Both the position numbers and the translations under genes were made by a program. 64,000 bases of DNA from the IMG/VR virus record IMGVR_UViG_3300022561_000002; one strand, given 5' to 3'. A model generated the notes under the pieces. That model did no database searches and had not been told where the DNA came from. It saw only the letters and a program-made list of their open reading frames with translations. This document shows positions 10,443-20,974 of the stretch, piece after piece (the stretch's first letter is position 1; the number at the start of each line of letters is the position of its first letter). The stretch is from a virus (Duplodnaviria > Heunggongvirae > Uroviricota > Caudoviricetes).

Positions 10443-12776
10443 TTATATTATGTGTATGTTATTTACATTACCATATTTTGCGATATGATTACCTTGTGAC
10501 GCTCTACTTAACGTAGGAACATCAGTACAAGGAATTTTAATTAGCTTATCATTGCTATAAATAAGGATTGTGTCTTTTTCATTTATAGATAGGATAGCAA
10601 GAGCTTGATCATCGGCAGTTAACTTGCATCCGATTAATCCTACTCCATTTCTTTTTTGTAGAGAATATTCTTCACTAATAGTTTTTTTGGCAAATCCATT
10701 TTTAGATATTATTAGAATATACTCTTTGTCTTTGTGTACGGGGCTAAGGGAGGCCGCACAATCACCCTCACGAAGCTTAATGGCTAATACGCCCATAGTA
10801 TTTCTACCAGTTGGGGTAATATCTGCCGAGTGGAATTTAATCGTCATTCCATTTGCACTTAATAAGATTAGATCTTCGTCATCTGTAAAACAAGCACTGA
10901 CAACTTTATCATTCTCTCTTAAGTTAATACCAATAACACCACTTCTTTTAATATTTTTATATTCTTCTAACAAAGTCTTTTTTACCATACCTTGTTTTGT
11001 TAAGAATATTATAAACTTTTTAGATGTATCTGCAATAATCTCAATAATCTCTTGCTCTTTAATATTGAGCAAAGTAAGGATATTACTACCATCTTTTATT
11101 TCATCAATAGCAATTCTATATATTTGTCCATCATTCATAATCATGGTTATAGAATCAGCTGTTGTAGTAGAAATCATATATATATAATCATTTATATTCT
11201 TTTTATTTTTGAATACTTTACTTTCGATAAACTTAATATTATATTTACTATCAATAGCAACAACAACAGGTTTAACAACTACTTCTGCTTTTGCTTTTTT
11301 CTCTTTATTAACAGTAATTTGTGTAATCTCAGTACGTCTAGGAGATTTATATTTATGTTGTATCTCACTAATCTCTTGAACCAAAACTTTATTTAATTCT
11401 GATTCATCGTCTAAGATAAGCTCAAGTTTAGTTTTTGATAAAATCAATTCTGCCTTTTCTTCTTTTAATTCTTCTACTTGAAGTTTTGTAAGTCTTGATA
11501 ATTTCATATCCAAAACAGCTTTTGCCTGCTCTTCATTTACAAAAAACCTTTTTAATAGAGTGGCTTGCGCATTGGCTACTGTATCACTTTCTTTAATAAT
11601 TTTAATAACTTCATCAATACTAGCAAGAGCTATAATTAAAGCTTCAATTATATTTAATCTTACTAAAAGTTTCCTTAATTCAAACTCTGAACGTCTTGTT
11701 ATTACCTCTTGTTGAAACTCAACATAATACCTAACCAAATCTTTTAATCCTAAAACTTTAGGTTCATTATCTACTAAACAAGTATTATTAATAGAATAAG
11801 TATTTTCTAATTGCGTTTTTGCAAATAAAACATTCACGATATTCTCAGCGTCATAGCCTTTGGCTATTTCCACGACAAGGGCCATATTTTGGTCACTTTC
11901 ATCACGAACGTCTGAGATTCCCTCAACTTCTTTTTTCTCACAAAGGTCAACTATATCTTCTATAATTTTTGTAAGTTTAGTCATATATGGAATTTCAGTA
12001 AATACTAATAGAGTTTTCTTTGCTCTTGTTTCAATTTTATATTTAGCTCTTGTTCTAACTCTACCTTTACCAGTTCTATATCCTTCTAGTAATTCATCTT
12101 TATTAATTACGATTCCACCTGTTGGAAAGTCTGGCCCTCCAGTTAACTCAAATAATCTTTCTACTGATACATTATTATCGTTTATATATGCAACAATAGC
12201 ATCTACAACTCCAGTTAAGTTATGAGGAACAAAACTACACGCCATACCAACAGCGATCCCAGTAGAACCATTCACTAAAAGGTTAGGAAATCTACTTGGT
12301 AAAACAATTGGTTCGTGCCTATCTTCTGAAAAGTTAAGTTTCCAATCAACAGTATCTTTTTTAATATCTCTAATCATTTCTTCGGCTATTTTTGAGAGTC
12401 TCGCTTCTGTGTAACGCATATGCGCTGCTGGATTTCCGTCAATATCTCCAAAAGCACCATGACCGTCCACAAGAGGGTAGCGTAAGCTAAAGGACTGTGC
12501 CAATCGAACCATAGCCTCGTAGACGGAAGAATCACCATGACAATGATAACGGCCAAGAACACTGCCAACGGTGTCGGCAGACTTTTTATACATTTTTGCA
12601 TTATATAATCCATTCTCAAACATCGTATAAATAATTCTACGATGAACTGGTTTCATGCCGTCTCTGACATCAGGCAATGCCCTATCTGTAATAACTGATA
12701 AAGAATAGTCTAAAAAGGATTGAGCTATTTCTTCATTTATATTTACAGGAAAAATCATTTCTTCTATTTTACTCAT
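10443..12776 (-). CDS. Type II DNA topoisomerase, subunit A (GyrA/ParC-like)
   Basis: [15 protein letters not shown] signature, catalytic Tyr region, 777 aa. Confidence 0.8.
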   Translation of the reverse strand: MSKIEEMIFPVNINEEIAQSFLDYSLSVITDRALPDVRDGMKPVHRRIIYTMFENGLYNAKMYKKSADTVGSVLGRYHCHGDSSVYEAMVRLAQSFSLRYPLVDGHGAFGDIDGNPAAHMRYTEARLSKIAEEMIRDIKKDTVDWKLNFSEDRHEPIVLPSRFPNLLVNGSTGIAVGMACSFVPHNLTGVVDAIVAYINDNNVSVERLFELTGGPDFPTGGIVINKDELLEGYRTGKGRVRTRAKYKIETRAKKTLLVFTEIPYMTKLTKIIEDIVDLCEKKEVEGISDVRDESDQNMALVVEIAKGYDAENIVNVLFAKTQLENTYSINNTCLVDNEPKVLGLKDLVRYYVEFQQEVITRRSEFELRKLLVRLNIIEALIIALASIDEVIKIIKESDTVANAQATLLKRFFVNEEQAKAVLDMKLSRLTKLQVEELKEEKAELILSKTKLELILDDESELNKVLVQEISEIQHKYKSPRRTEITQITVNKEKKAKAEVVVKPVVVAIDSKYNIKFIESKVFKNKKNINDYIYMISTTTADSITMIMNDGQIYRIAIDEIKDGSNILTLLNIKEQEIIEIIADTSKKFIIFLTKQGMVKKTLLEEYKNIKRSGVIGINLRENDKVVSACFTDDEDLILLSANGMTIKFHSADITPTGRNTMGVLAIKLREGDCAASLSPVHKDKEYILIISKNGFAKKTISEEYSLQKRNGVGLIGCKLTADDQALAILSINEKDTILIYSNDKLIKIPCTDVPTLSRASQGNHIAKYGNVNNIHII

Positions 12777-13272
12777 TTGAATCCTTTCTAGAATGTTCTA
12801 ACATAAATTCTTGCTGTATTTTCTTAGTAGCAGAAGTAGCTAATACATCTGCTCTTTCATTAAACTCATGACCAACATGAGCTTTAATCTTTAAAACTTT
12901 AATTACTCTTTCAAATTGCATTAATTCATATATTCTTTTTATTAATGCCATATTTTCGGGAGCTTTTTTATCTGATTTTTTAATCCAGTTATTAGAGGCC
13001 CAAGCATACATCCACGTATTTATTGTATTTACGCAGTATGCGGAATCGCTATATATACAAACTTCTTGTTTTTTTGTATTAGTAATAATTTTAGCTAGTT
13101 TTATTGCTTGGTATATTGCTTCTAATTCCATTTCATTATTTGTTGTATTCATTTTGCCATTACTAATTTCTTTGACAACTTTTCCATTGGCTGTTAAAAC
13201 AACACCATATCCCCCAAAATTATCTTTTGAGCCGTTACCAAAACAACTTCCGTCTGTATATATTTCTATCAT
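12769..13272 (-). CDS. Ribonuclease H
   Basis: [10 protein letters not shown]...GYGVVL RNase HI N-terminal motif. Confidence 0.7.
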   Translation of the reverse strand: MIEIYTDGSCFGNGSKDNFGGYGVVLTANGKVVKEISNGKMNTTNNEMELEAIYQAIKLAKIITNTKKQEVCIYSDSAYCVNTINTWMYAWASNNWIKKSDKKAPENMALIKRIYELMQFERVIKVLKIKAHVGHEFNERADVLATSATKKIQQEFMLEHSRKDSNE

Positions 13273-13288
13273 AGTTATACCTCTTTAT

Positions 13289-14053
13289 TTATTGCTCAAA
13301 ATTGACAGGCTCAGCTTTGTTTGATTTAGAACCAGTTTCAATACACAAACCTTCTTCGCATATTTCTTCTTCTTCTTCTTCGCTATCGCCTTCAATTTCT
13401 TCTTCATTTTCTTCTTCTATTAAAGTCAATTCTCCATTTAGCTCAACATTGTAATAACTAGTCCCATCAAATAATTCAAATGTATTCATTAAAGTATTTG
13501 TTACAATAATAGGATAATCTACAAATAAATCTCTTTCACAAGAAGACATTACTGCTCTTACGGCCATTTCTTTAGGAGATAATTCTACATCCCTTAAAAC
13601 AGTATAGGCACTTTCTGCAACATCTGCACCAGAACCAATAGCAAACATATCATTTAATTCCATGACAGCTCCATCGCCGCATATCATATAACAATCTATT
13701 CCATGTGCTAATATAAAATGTGATGCTAAATATAGCATTTCAAACTCTTTTTCTACTCTTCCAAATTTCGCTAGTTCAGTAAATAGCTTAGGAACTGTAT
13801 CACGAACAATAGACTTAAAGTTTATGTCATTTTTTAAAATAGCGTTTTCTGAAATAAATTCAATATCAGAAGTAGAAATAATATTCAAATCTCTTAAACT
13901 TCCAACTCCACCAATATTTAGATTATGAGGCATTTTAAAAATCTTAAAAGAATGTTGCGAAGATATTAAACTCTTCGTCCATCCCGATGTTACTTGACTA
14001 TCTGTTGCTAACCAAATCTTATCTTCGTCTCTAACTGCTACTACTACACTCAT
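13289..14053 (-). CDS. HslV / proteasome beta-like Ntn-hydrolase with acidic C-terminal tail
   Basis: N-terminus MSVVVAVRDEDKIWLATDSQVTSG resembles HslV TTIV..GDGQ; poly-Glu C-terminal tail. Confidence 0.4.
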   Translation of the reverse strand: MSVVVAVRDEDKIWLATDSQVTSGWTKSLISSQHSFKIFKMPHNLNIGGVGSLRDLNIISTSDIEFISENAILKNDINFKSIVRDTVPKLFTELAKFGRVEKEFEMLYLASHFILAHGIDCYMICGDGAVMELNDMFAIGSGADVAESAYTVLRDVELSPKEMAVRAVMSSCERDLFVDYPIIVTNTLMNTFELFDGTSYYNVELNGELTLIEEENEEEIEGDSEEEEEEICEEGLCIETGSKSNKAEPVNFEQ

Positions 14054-14095
14054 GTATGCCTCCTTAAATCTACTAAATTAAGAACGATTTCTTAA

Positions 14096-15985
14096 TTATA
14101 CTACTACATTTGCCCTATAGGCATTCTCTTCAATGAAAGCTTTTCTTGGTGCAACACTTGGTCCCATTAATTTATTAAACATTGCTGCGACAGATTTTTC
14201 ATCTTCGATAAATACTTGTTTCAATCTTCTCTTACTAATATCAAGAGTTGTTTCTTTTAACTCTGTAGGGTCTAATTCTCCAAGTCCTTTAAAGTAATAT
14301 ACTTCAAACTTCTCTCCAGCATGTTTTGTCCTATATGCTTCAAGTTCTGAATCATCTAATAAATAATGAAAAGTTTTTCCTTTTACAACTTTATATAAAG
14401 GTGACATTGCTAAATAAATATTTCCATTTTCGATTAATGGTCTCATATATTTAAAGAAGAACGTTAATAATAAAACTCTAATATGACTTCCATCTACGTC
14501 TGCATCTGCTAAAATTACTATTTTACTATATCTTGCTTTAGAATAATCAAAAGTAGTTCCAACACCACAACCAATAGCAGAAATTAAAGCTTTAATTTCT
14601 TTATTATTTAATAACTTACTTAAATCATTTTTTTCACTATTTAATACCTTGCCTTGTAGAGCCATAACTGCTTGAGTTTGTTTATCTCTTGCGGCTTTGA
14701 CGCCACTTCCCGCAGATTGTCCTTCTACTAAAAACAATTCAATATCATCATAGTTTTTACTAATACAATCAGTCAATTTACCTTGAAGCCCTGAAGATAA
14801 AACTGTTTTTGTTTTATCTCTTGTTAAATCTCTTGCTTTTTTAGCAGCGTCTCTTGCTTTTTTGCTCAACATCGCTTTTGAAACAATAACTTTTAATTCA
14901 TTTGGATTATTGGCAAACCATTTTTTCAATTCAACATTTAATAATCTCTCAACAACAGTACGACCTTCCGCAGAAGTAAGTACATCTTTTGTTTGTCCAT
15001 TAAATATTGGTTCAGGCATATGAAGAGACAATACCATAACAAGTCCTTCTTTTAAATCCTCACCTGTTAAATTATCATCTTTTTCTTTTAAATATTTATA
15101 ATCTCTTGCATATTCGTTTACTGCACGAGTCATTGCTGCTCTAAATCCAGTCAAATGGGTTCCCGCAGTATTTGGTATATTATTAGTATAAAGTTTAATA
15201 CTTTCACTATAATCAGAAGTATACACTAGCGCCATTGACACTGAATATTTTCCTTCATGACTTTCTGTCGTGAATATATTAGTAATTCTCTTTTCGGGTT
15301 TAGTTAAATCTTTTATATAGTCAACCATGCCCGTACTCTTAAACGTCATAATATCAGAATTTTTATATTCATAATTAATAGTTAGGCCTGGACATAAAAA
15401 AGATAATTCTTTTAACTGTTTTTCTAATACACTTTTTCTTACTTCAATTGTAGAAAAAATTGTCTTATCTGGAAGAAATGTAATTCTTGTTCCAGTCCAT
15501 CCATTAACTGTATCAGGCTTAACTTCATATGAAACTCTTTTGCCTTTTTCAAATCTCATTTTAGCAATTTTCTTATCTCTTTTGACTAATACTTCAAAAA
15601 ATTCAGATAGAGCGTTTGTAGCTTTTGAGCCTATTCCATTCATTCCACCTGAAGAGTTATATCCAGTTGAACCATCAGAATTAAATTTTGCTCCTGTATG
15701 TAACTTTGTAAAAATATTTTCTAACGTTTCCGTTCCATCTTTTGCTTTTCCAAAAGGTATTCCACGTCCATTATCAGATATTTGGATTACATCTTGTTCT
15801 GTAACAACAACATTAATTTCAGTACATTCTCCTGCAAGATATTCATCAATAGCATTAGATATAATTTCCAAAACTATATGATGTAGTCCTTCAGACTCTA
15901 TTGAGCCAATATACATTCCTGGTCTAGTTCTAATAGCTTCAATTCCTTCAAGCGTTTTTATATGTTCTACACCATATTTACTCAT
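14096..15985 (-). CDS. Type II DNA topoisomerase, subunit B (GyrB-like ATPase plus TOPRIM)
   Basis: GHKL motifs EIISNAIDE and GGMNGIGSKA; TOPRIM ELFLVEGQSAGS. Confidence 0.8.
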   Translation of the reverse strand: MSKYGVEHIKTLEGIEAIRTRPGMYIGSIESEGLHHIVLEIISNAIDEYLAGECTEINVVVTEQDVIQISDNGRGIPFGKAKDGTETLENIFTKLHTGAKFNSDGSTGYNSSGGMNGIGSKATNALSEFFEVLVKRDKKIAKMRFEKGKRVSYEVKPDTVNGWTGTRITFLPDKTIFSTIEVRKSVLEKQLKELSFLCPGLTINYEYKNSDIMTFKSTGMVDYIKDLTKPEKRITNIFTTESHEGKYSVSMALVYTSDYSESIKLYTNNIPNTAGTHLTGFRAAMTRAVNEYARDYKYLKEKDDNLTGEDLKEGLVMVLSLHMPEPIFNGQTKDVLTSAEGRTVVERLLNVELKKWFANNPNELKVIVSKAMLSKKARDAAKKARDLTRDKTKTVLSSGLQGKLTDCISKNYDDIELFLVEGQSAGSGVKAARDKQTQAVMALQGKVLNSEKNDLSKLLNNKEIKALISAIGCGVGTTFDYSKARYSKIVILADADVDGSHIRVLLLTFFFKYMRPLIENGNIYLAMSPLYKVVKGKTFHYLLDDSELEAYRTKHAGEKFEVYYFKGLGELDPTELKETTLDISKRRLKQVFIEDEKSVAAMFNKLMGPSVAPRKAFIEENAYRANVVV

Positions 15986-16085
15986 ATTATTCCTCCTTTT
16001 TTGTTTATTTGATTATAATATATTATATAATATTTTCCATAAATTGTCAAAGACAATAAGGTTGGAGTGTATCCAACCTTATTAA

Positions 16086-16451
16086 CTATTTATTACTGCC
16101 TTCTCTATCACGAATTGCGCGAAGACCATCTTGGAATTTTTCTTTAGCTTGTATATATGATTCAAGCTCATTTTCTAATCTGTCTTTTTCTTGTCTATAA
16201 TTTCTGAATACTGTGTTTAAGTGAGTTATTTCATTCATTAATTTAAACATACGGGCTTTAGCCATTGAGGCTTTATATTTTTGCCTTTTGATTTTCGCTC
16301 TATATTCAGCAATAGTAATTCCTGTATATTGAGCTGCTACATCCATATCGTCTGGATGTGCTTTTGCTTTCCCCCTGTAAACTTTTCCTTTTTCCATTAA
16401 CTCAACAGTAGATATGCCAGTTTCGGCATCGTATTTTGCAAAATGTTTCAT
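16086..16451 (-). CDS. Hypothetical coiled-coil protein
   Basis: 121 aa ORF with promoter and RBS. Confidence 0.4.
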   Translation of the reverse strand: MKHFAKYDAETGISTVELMEKGKVYRGKAKAHPDDMDVAAQYTGITIAEYRAKIKRQKYKASMAKARMFKLMNEITHLNTVFRNYRQEKDRLENELESYIQAKEKFQDGLRAIRDREGSNK

Positions 16452-16514
16452 TTTTACCTCTTTTTCTCCATTTTTTATGGGATAGTATATTAAATGTAAA
16501 TTATTTAATTATAG

Positions 16515-18326
16515 TTAATCGTTTTTGTCCAAATCGTATATAGTAACTGTCGCGCTAGGGTTTAAAAGCTCTAATTGCATTTTTTTGGCAAGTAATGTTT
16601 CAGGTCGAGCATATCCAGTTAATATAATGTTTTTAAAATTATATATATCCATATTTGAATCTGCGATAGCTTTTATTACTTCAACATTATCCAACTCTAA
16701 ATGAAAACGCCTAACATCAATATTGGCAGTATATAAATAACTACTAAAAACAGATGATTCTATAAATGCTGGGATTCCATCTTCTAAATTATATGAAAAA
16801 CGAGCGACAATAACTGCTTCAGATATTGATTCTTTTCTTATTAACTCTTCAGATAATTTTCTAATTTTGGTTCGAGAGGTTGATAGTTCATCGAATGATA
16901 TTAAATTATTCTCAATTAAAAATTTTGATTCATCAATCACACAAAGACAACTTGTATTTCTGTCATTCATATTATTATGTCTTTTGTCAACACAATTATG
17001 ACATTCCCATCTTTCCATTGATTCATTATAAATAGCTTCATCTACTGGTACTACTTCATCACATTCACGACACATTTTATATTTATCACGATAGCAATAC
17101 TCACAAATATAAATATCATCATCTTCGACATAAACTAAATCATCGTGATATACGCCTCGCCCACATAGATCACAAGTTGCTTCTCCTTTGCAAGCATGAC
17201 ATCTTCCATCATGTTCATCGCTGGCGATATTGTCGCCACATTGGACACATAAAACAGGTTCTCCAGTTTTCATAAAACGATTATAGTGACCAAACTCTTT
17301 ATCATCTGATGATAGGGGCATTCTTATATAACAACCATTTTCATATCTAATATCATTATAATGACAACAATTTTCCTCGCTCTCGGCAGCAACAAAAATA
17401 GAGTTTTGATATTTATCAAAAGGTTCTAATTCCTTCATCTTACCATTATCAAAATATTGCATTACTAATTTATCTACTTCTTCTACTAATTGACATGAAG
17501 CATGCGGATATGACCTATTATATACAACCATCATTTGACCACTAGCATCTTCTTTTATATGAACTAATATTCTCCATTGTTTAGAGTTCCAACGGACTCC
17601 GCCAAAATCTCTTAATTCTTTGTCATTTCCTTCGCCAGTCATATAATAAGCAACTAGAGTTACCCCGTCGGCCGCATAATTCATATTCCCATATCTGTAA
17701 TCTCCATCAGCGAGATCATGACACGACTGCCAACCATGATTATTGGTACTAATTGATAGATAATCTAATGGATGAATTGATAAATATACTCTACCTTCTC
17801 TTTTTCCTTTAAATTTCTGTGAAAAAGTTGAATACATATTTTGTAAATCTTTAACTTCCATCTGTTGATCTTCTCCAAAGAAGTATTTGAAAGCTTTCGA
17901 AAATCGCATACCCTTTTTTATATGAATATCTACCATAACAACATTTGTATATGGATTCCTTTCATAGTTTGCTTGATCAAACTCATAATCAAAATCTTTC
18001 GTTACTTTATTATCTATAAAACCATGACCTCCAACATAATCTTCACAAAACTGACGGAAAGCCTCAAATTGATGGTTATCTAAAAGAGACCTATCTTCAG
18101 CGTCATAAATAAATTGTTGTAACATTTCTTCTTTTTCTTCTAATTTTTTAATAGATAACTTAATAGGCTCACTATTGACTATTAAATTATCATTCATTTT
18201 TGAATAAAGCCATTGCTTATTAGACGCCCACTTGTTTAAAGTATCTCGGACACTAGCATTAGAATCAAAATTCCAATCAATTACTCTGTTAAAATCATCA
18301 ATAAAATCTTCTACATTTAAATTCAT
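16515..18326 (-). CDS. Hypothetical protein with multiple C-terminal CxxC zinc fingers
   Basis: 603 aa; repeated CxxC pairs in the C-terminal third. Confidence 0.45.
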   Translation of the reverse strand: MNLNVEDFIDDFNRVIDWNFDSNASVRDTLNKWASNKQWLYSKMNDNLIVNSEPIKLSIKKLEEKEEMLQQFIYDAEDRSLLDNHQFEAFRQFCEDYVGGHGFIDNKVTKDFDYEFDQANYERNPYTNVVMVDIHIKKGMRFSKAFKYFFGEDQQMEVKDLQNMYSTFSQKFKGKREGRVYLSIHPLDYLSISTNNHGWQSCHDLADGDYRYGNMNYAADGVTLVAYYMTGEGNDKELRDFGGVRWNSKQWRILVHIKEDASGQMMVVYNRSYPHASCQLVEEVDKLVMQYFDNGKMKELEPFDKYQNSIFVAAESEENCCHYNDIRYENGCYIRMPLSSDDKEFGHYNRFMKTGEPVLCVQCGDNIASDEHDGRCHACKGEATCDLCGRGVYHDDLVYVEDDDIYICEYCYRDKYKMCRECDEVVPVDEAIYNESMERWECHNCVDKRHNNMNDRNTSCLCVIDESKFLIENNLISFDELSTSRTKIRKLSEELIRKESISEAVIVARFSYNLEDGIPAFIESSVFSSYLYTANIDVRRFHLELDNVEVIKAIADSNMDIYNFKNIILTGYARPETLLAKKMQLELLNPSATVTIYDLDKND

Positions 18327-18337
18327 CTAATTCTCCT

Positions 18338-19312
18338 TTATCTAGTTGCGATTGTATAACAATCTTTGCAAACGTATCCGAAACCATCTATTTTATAATA
18401 TTCTTTACTCAAAGAATCACAAATGGCACATTTTATCTCTGTATTAAATGATATTGCTCCTTTTAGTTTCTTTCTTCCTCTTATGTATTTAAAACGAGAT
18501 TCAATACTATTACTATGTTTTATCATATTATATATAATATCATATATTTTTCCCATTGTAAATACATCCAGCATTTCTGTAGTAGTATGCTCATAATAAT
18601 AACCTACCGATAAATTAACACCAGCGATTCCAGTAATTGGACATACAATACTTATATCAGAAAAAGTTCCACTTTCAGTACAAAAACCAAATTTGTTTAT
18701 AAATTTTTCAAATCTTTTGTTATCACAATCATAAAACACACAATCATTAGAACCAGACCTATCTAATTCCATTATATATTTTATATTAGTAGCCCTTAAA
18801 ACAGACCTATACTTAATGGCAAAACGCTCTGCTCCAACTCCTCCAATTTCTTCATCAGTAGTAAATAACACATGAGGCCGCAATCCATCTTTTAATAATT
18901 GTAAAATCATATATACACCAGCTCTATCATCTGCTCCCAATCCATCTGGAGACCACATAACTTCTTTTATTGAATCATAAAATATATCTTTAGGAGATAT
19001 ATCTATAGAAGCGATATTGGGTTCATCATCAAAACCATAGAAATCTTCGTAATCTTGTAACGAAACAGGTTCATCAAATAATGTCATCAATTCTTTATCT
19101 AATGGTATATATTTTTCATCTATATCATAAACAGTATCTAAATGTGCCATAACTAAAACACCAAGTTTTCCTCTGCAATATATATACTTATTACTCATAC
19201 CATCTGAATCAATATATGTATAATATTGTTTTAACTCTACCTTGAGATAATCGAATAATTCAGATTGGCTCATTTGTAGTATTTTATTTAATAATTCTAT
19301 GTCTTTTACCAT
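18338..19312 (-). CDS. M20/M28-like metallopeptidase with C-terminal zinc ribbon
   Basis: MAHLDTV and LFTTDEEIGG motifs; C-terminal CAIC...CKDC. Confidence 0.45.
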   Translation of the reverse strand: MVKDIELLNKILQMSQSELFDYLKVELKQYYTYIDSDGMSNKYIYCRGKLGVLVMAHLDTVYDIDEKYIPLDKELMTLFDEPVSLQDYEDFYGFDDEPNIASIDISPKDIFYDSIKEVMWSPDGLGADDRAGVYMILQLLKDGLRPHVLFTTDEEIGGVGAERFAIKYRSVLRATNIKYIMELDRSGSNDCVFYDCDNKRFEKFINKFGFCTESGTFSDISIVCPITGIAGVNLSVGYYYEHTTTEMLDVFTMGKIYDIIYNMIKHSNSIESRFKYIRGRKKLKGAISFNTEIKCAICDSLSKEYYKIDGFGYVCKDCYTIATR

Positions 19313-19479
19313 ATTTACTCCTTTTTTCCAATTTTTGTAACCTTGTATATATATTATATAATATTTATTATAATTTGTCTAGCAAAGTAATAGCTAGATA
19401 GAAATTTGACCTCTACCAAAAATTTTGGTATAATTAGGTATAAGATAAATTTTCTCTTAAAAGAGTTTATATATATATA

Positions 19480-19776
19480 TTAATTATCTCTCATAACTAT
19501 CCATCTTCTAATAGTTTCAATTTGGAAAGTATTAATATTAATAATATTAGTAAAGGTAAAAGTAATATAGCCGTCATCTTTACCATGTAATGTTGCTTTA
19601 TATTTATCCCTTACAAATCTTAAGAAATCAGCAGGAGATAAACCCCAAATTCTAGCGAATAAAATATTATAAGAACCATCAATAGGCCCTCCTATAAAAT
19701 CATCTATTTCAGCGCCTGTTACGATCATCTTATGTCCTTTATAAGACATACTATCTTCAACATAAAATGGTATCAT
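19480..19776 (-). CDS. Hypothetical protein
   Basis: 98 aa ORF. Confidence 0.4.
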   Translation of the reverse strand: MIPFYVEDSMSYKGHKMIVTGAEIDDFIGGPIDGSYNILFARIWGLSPADFLRFVRDKYKATLHGKDDGYITFTFTNIININTFQIETIRRWIVMRDN

Positions 19777-20072
19777 AATAATATCTCCTTTCGTAATTCC
19801 TCAATATCAATTTTTTCTTCTTCTGATATCCTTAACCATACTCTCCATTCATCAAGAGACTTTGGCAAGGATAGTTTTTCTGCGGAAATAATCGTCCCAG
19901 TGAAAGGTATCATTACTACAAACTCCTCCGCAACATAGCTTGTATTAATATATTTTTTAACAGTAGTAGGGGAAAATCCGACTTTTCTAGCCACAGCTGC
20001 ATAAGTACCTAATTGTAAATACAATTCATTCATTTTTATAATATCTTCTGCTTGTACTTTACTTACACCCAT
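19773..20072 (-). CDS. HTH DNA-binding protein (sigma region-4-like)
   Basis: AAVARKVGFSPTTVKKYIN helix-turn-helix. Confidence 0.4.
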   Translation of the reverse strand: MGVSKVQAEDIIKMNELYLQLGTYAAVARKVGFSPTTVKKYINTSYVAEEFVVMIPFTGTIISAEKLSLPKSLDEWRVWLRISEEEKIDIEELRKEILL

Positions 20073-20073
20073 T

Positions 20074-20878
20074 TTAACCCTCCTGTGTTAACTCATTTAT
20101 AAAACTATATCTTATTATATTTATTAATACATCTTCCATAATTTTATCAACATCTCTATCAATAAATACATTATGACCACTATAATAATCAGATTTTATT
20201 TCTAAAGCAGAAGCTACTAATTCAGCTCCAATTTTTCTTGCGTCGTCTACAGAAAATAATCCTTCTTTGACTTCTATTAATCTTTTGCGGGCCCCCTTCA
20301 TGAGGGTTAAATAAACAATCTTTATAATCTACTTCACAAATATAATCTAATAGAAATCTATGAACTCTAAACATATGATGTAATTGCTTGGGATCATACC
20401 CGAATTTTTCAATTTTATCTACTGTTGCTGGATATGGATGCTCTAATGCTTTATATTTTTCCATTATCATACCGACCATACAACCAACTGCCGCATAATT
20501 ATTATATCTCGCAATCTTTTCTTTATTATCAAAGATTGGTTGAAATAGCTTTTCATATTTAGGATTCATAATTATATAATCTGAAAATAAGATTTCTATA
20601 AAATTAATATTTTGTTTTTTAAAGCACTGAAACATTGAACGAATATCTTTTAAATCAATATGCTCATTATTAGAACATACATGAGTAGTGCTAACAGGAG
20701 TTTTATTTAAAACAAAATCATTAAATTTAGGAAGTAGTATTGCTTTACTATCAATATCACTACCTTCATAGTCTAATCCATAGTTTTGAGAACCATTCAA
20801 AAAGACACCAACTACCTCGTATCCCATAGCTTCTGTTTCATCATACATCTCTTGTAGTCTTTTCATTATTTTGTTCAT
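20074..20878 (-). pseudogene. Pol-beta-type nucleotidyltransferase whose reading frame is split at a GGGCCCCC tract
   Basis: GSQNYGLDYEGSDIDS NTase motif in the 20222-20878 frame; the C-terminal 75 aa continue in another frame from about 20300; either a sequencing error or a programmed shift. Confidence 0.4.
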
Positions 20879-20974
20879 AATTTTATCTCCTTTTTAATCT
20901 TATAATATATTATACCATATTTTTTGTACTTTGTACATAAAAATAGAACCTAATAAAATAGGTTCTATTATATA

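Noticed and set aside
12386-12619. 77-aa minus-strand ORF
   Set aside because: It is embedded in a different frame of the topoisomerase A gene.
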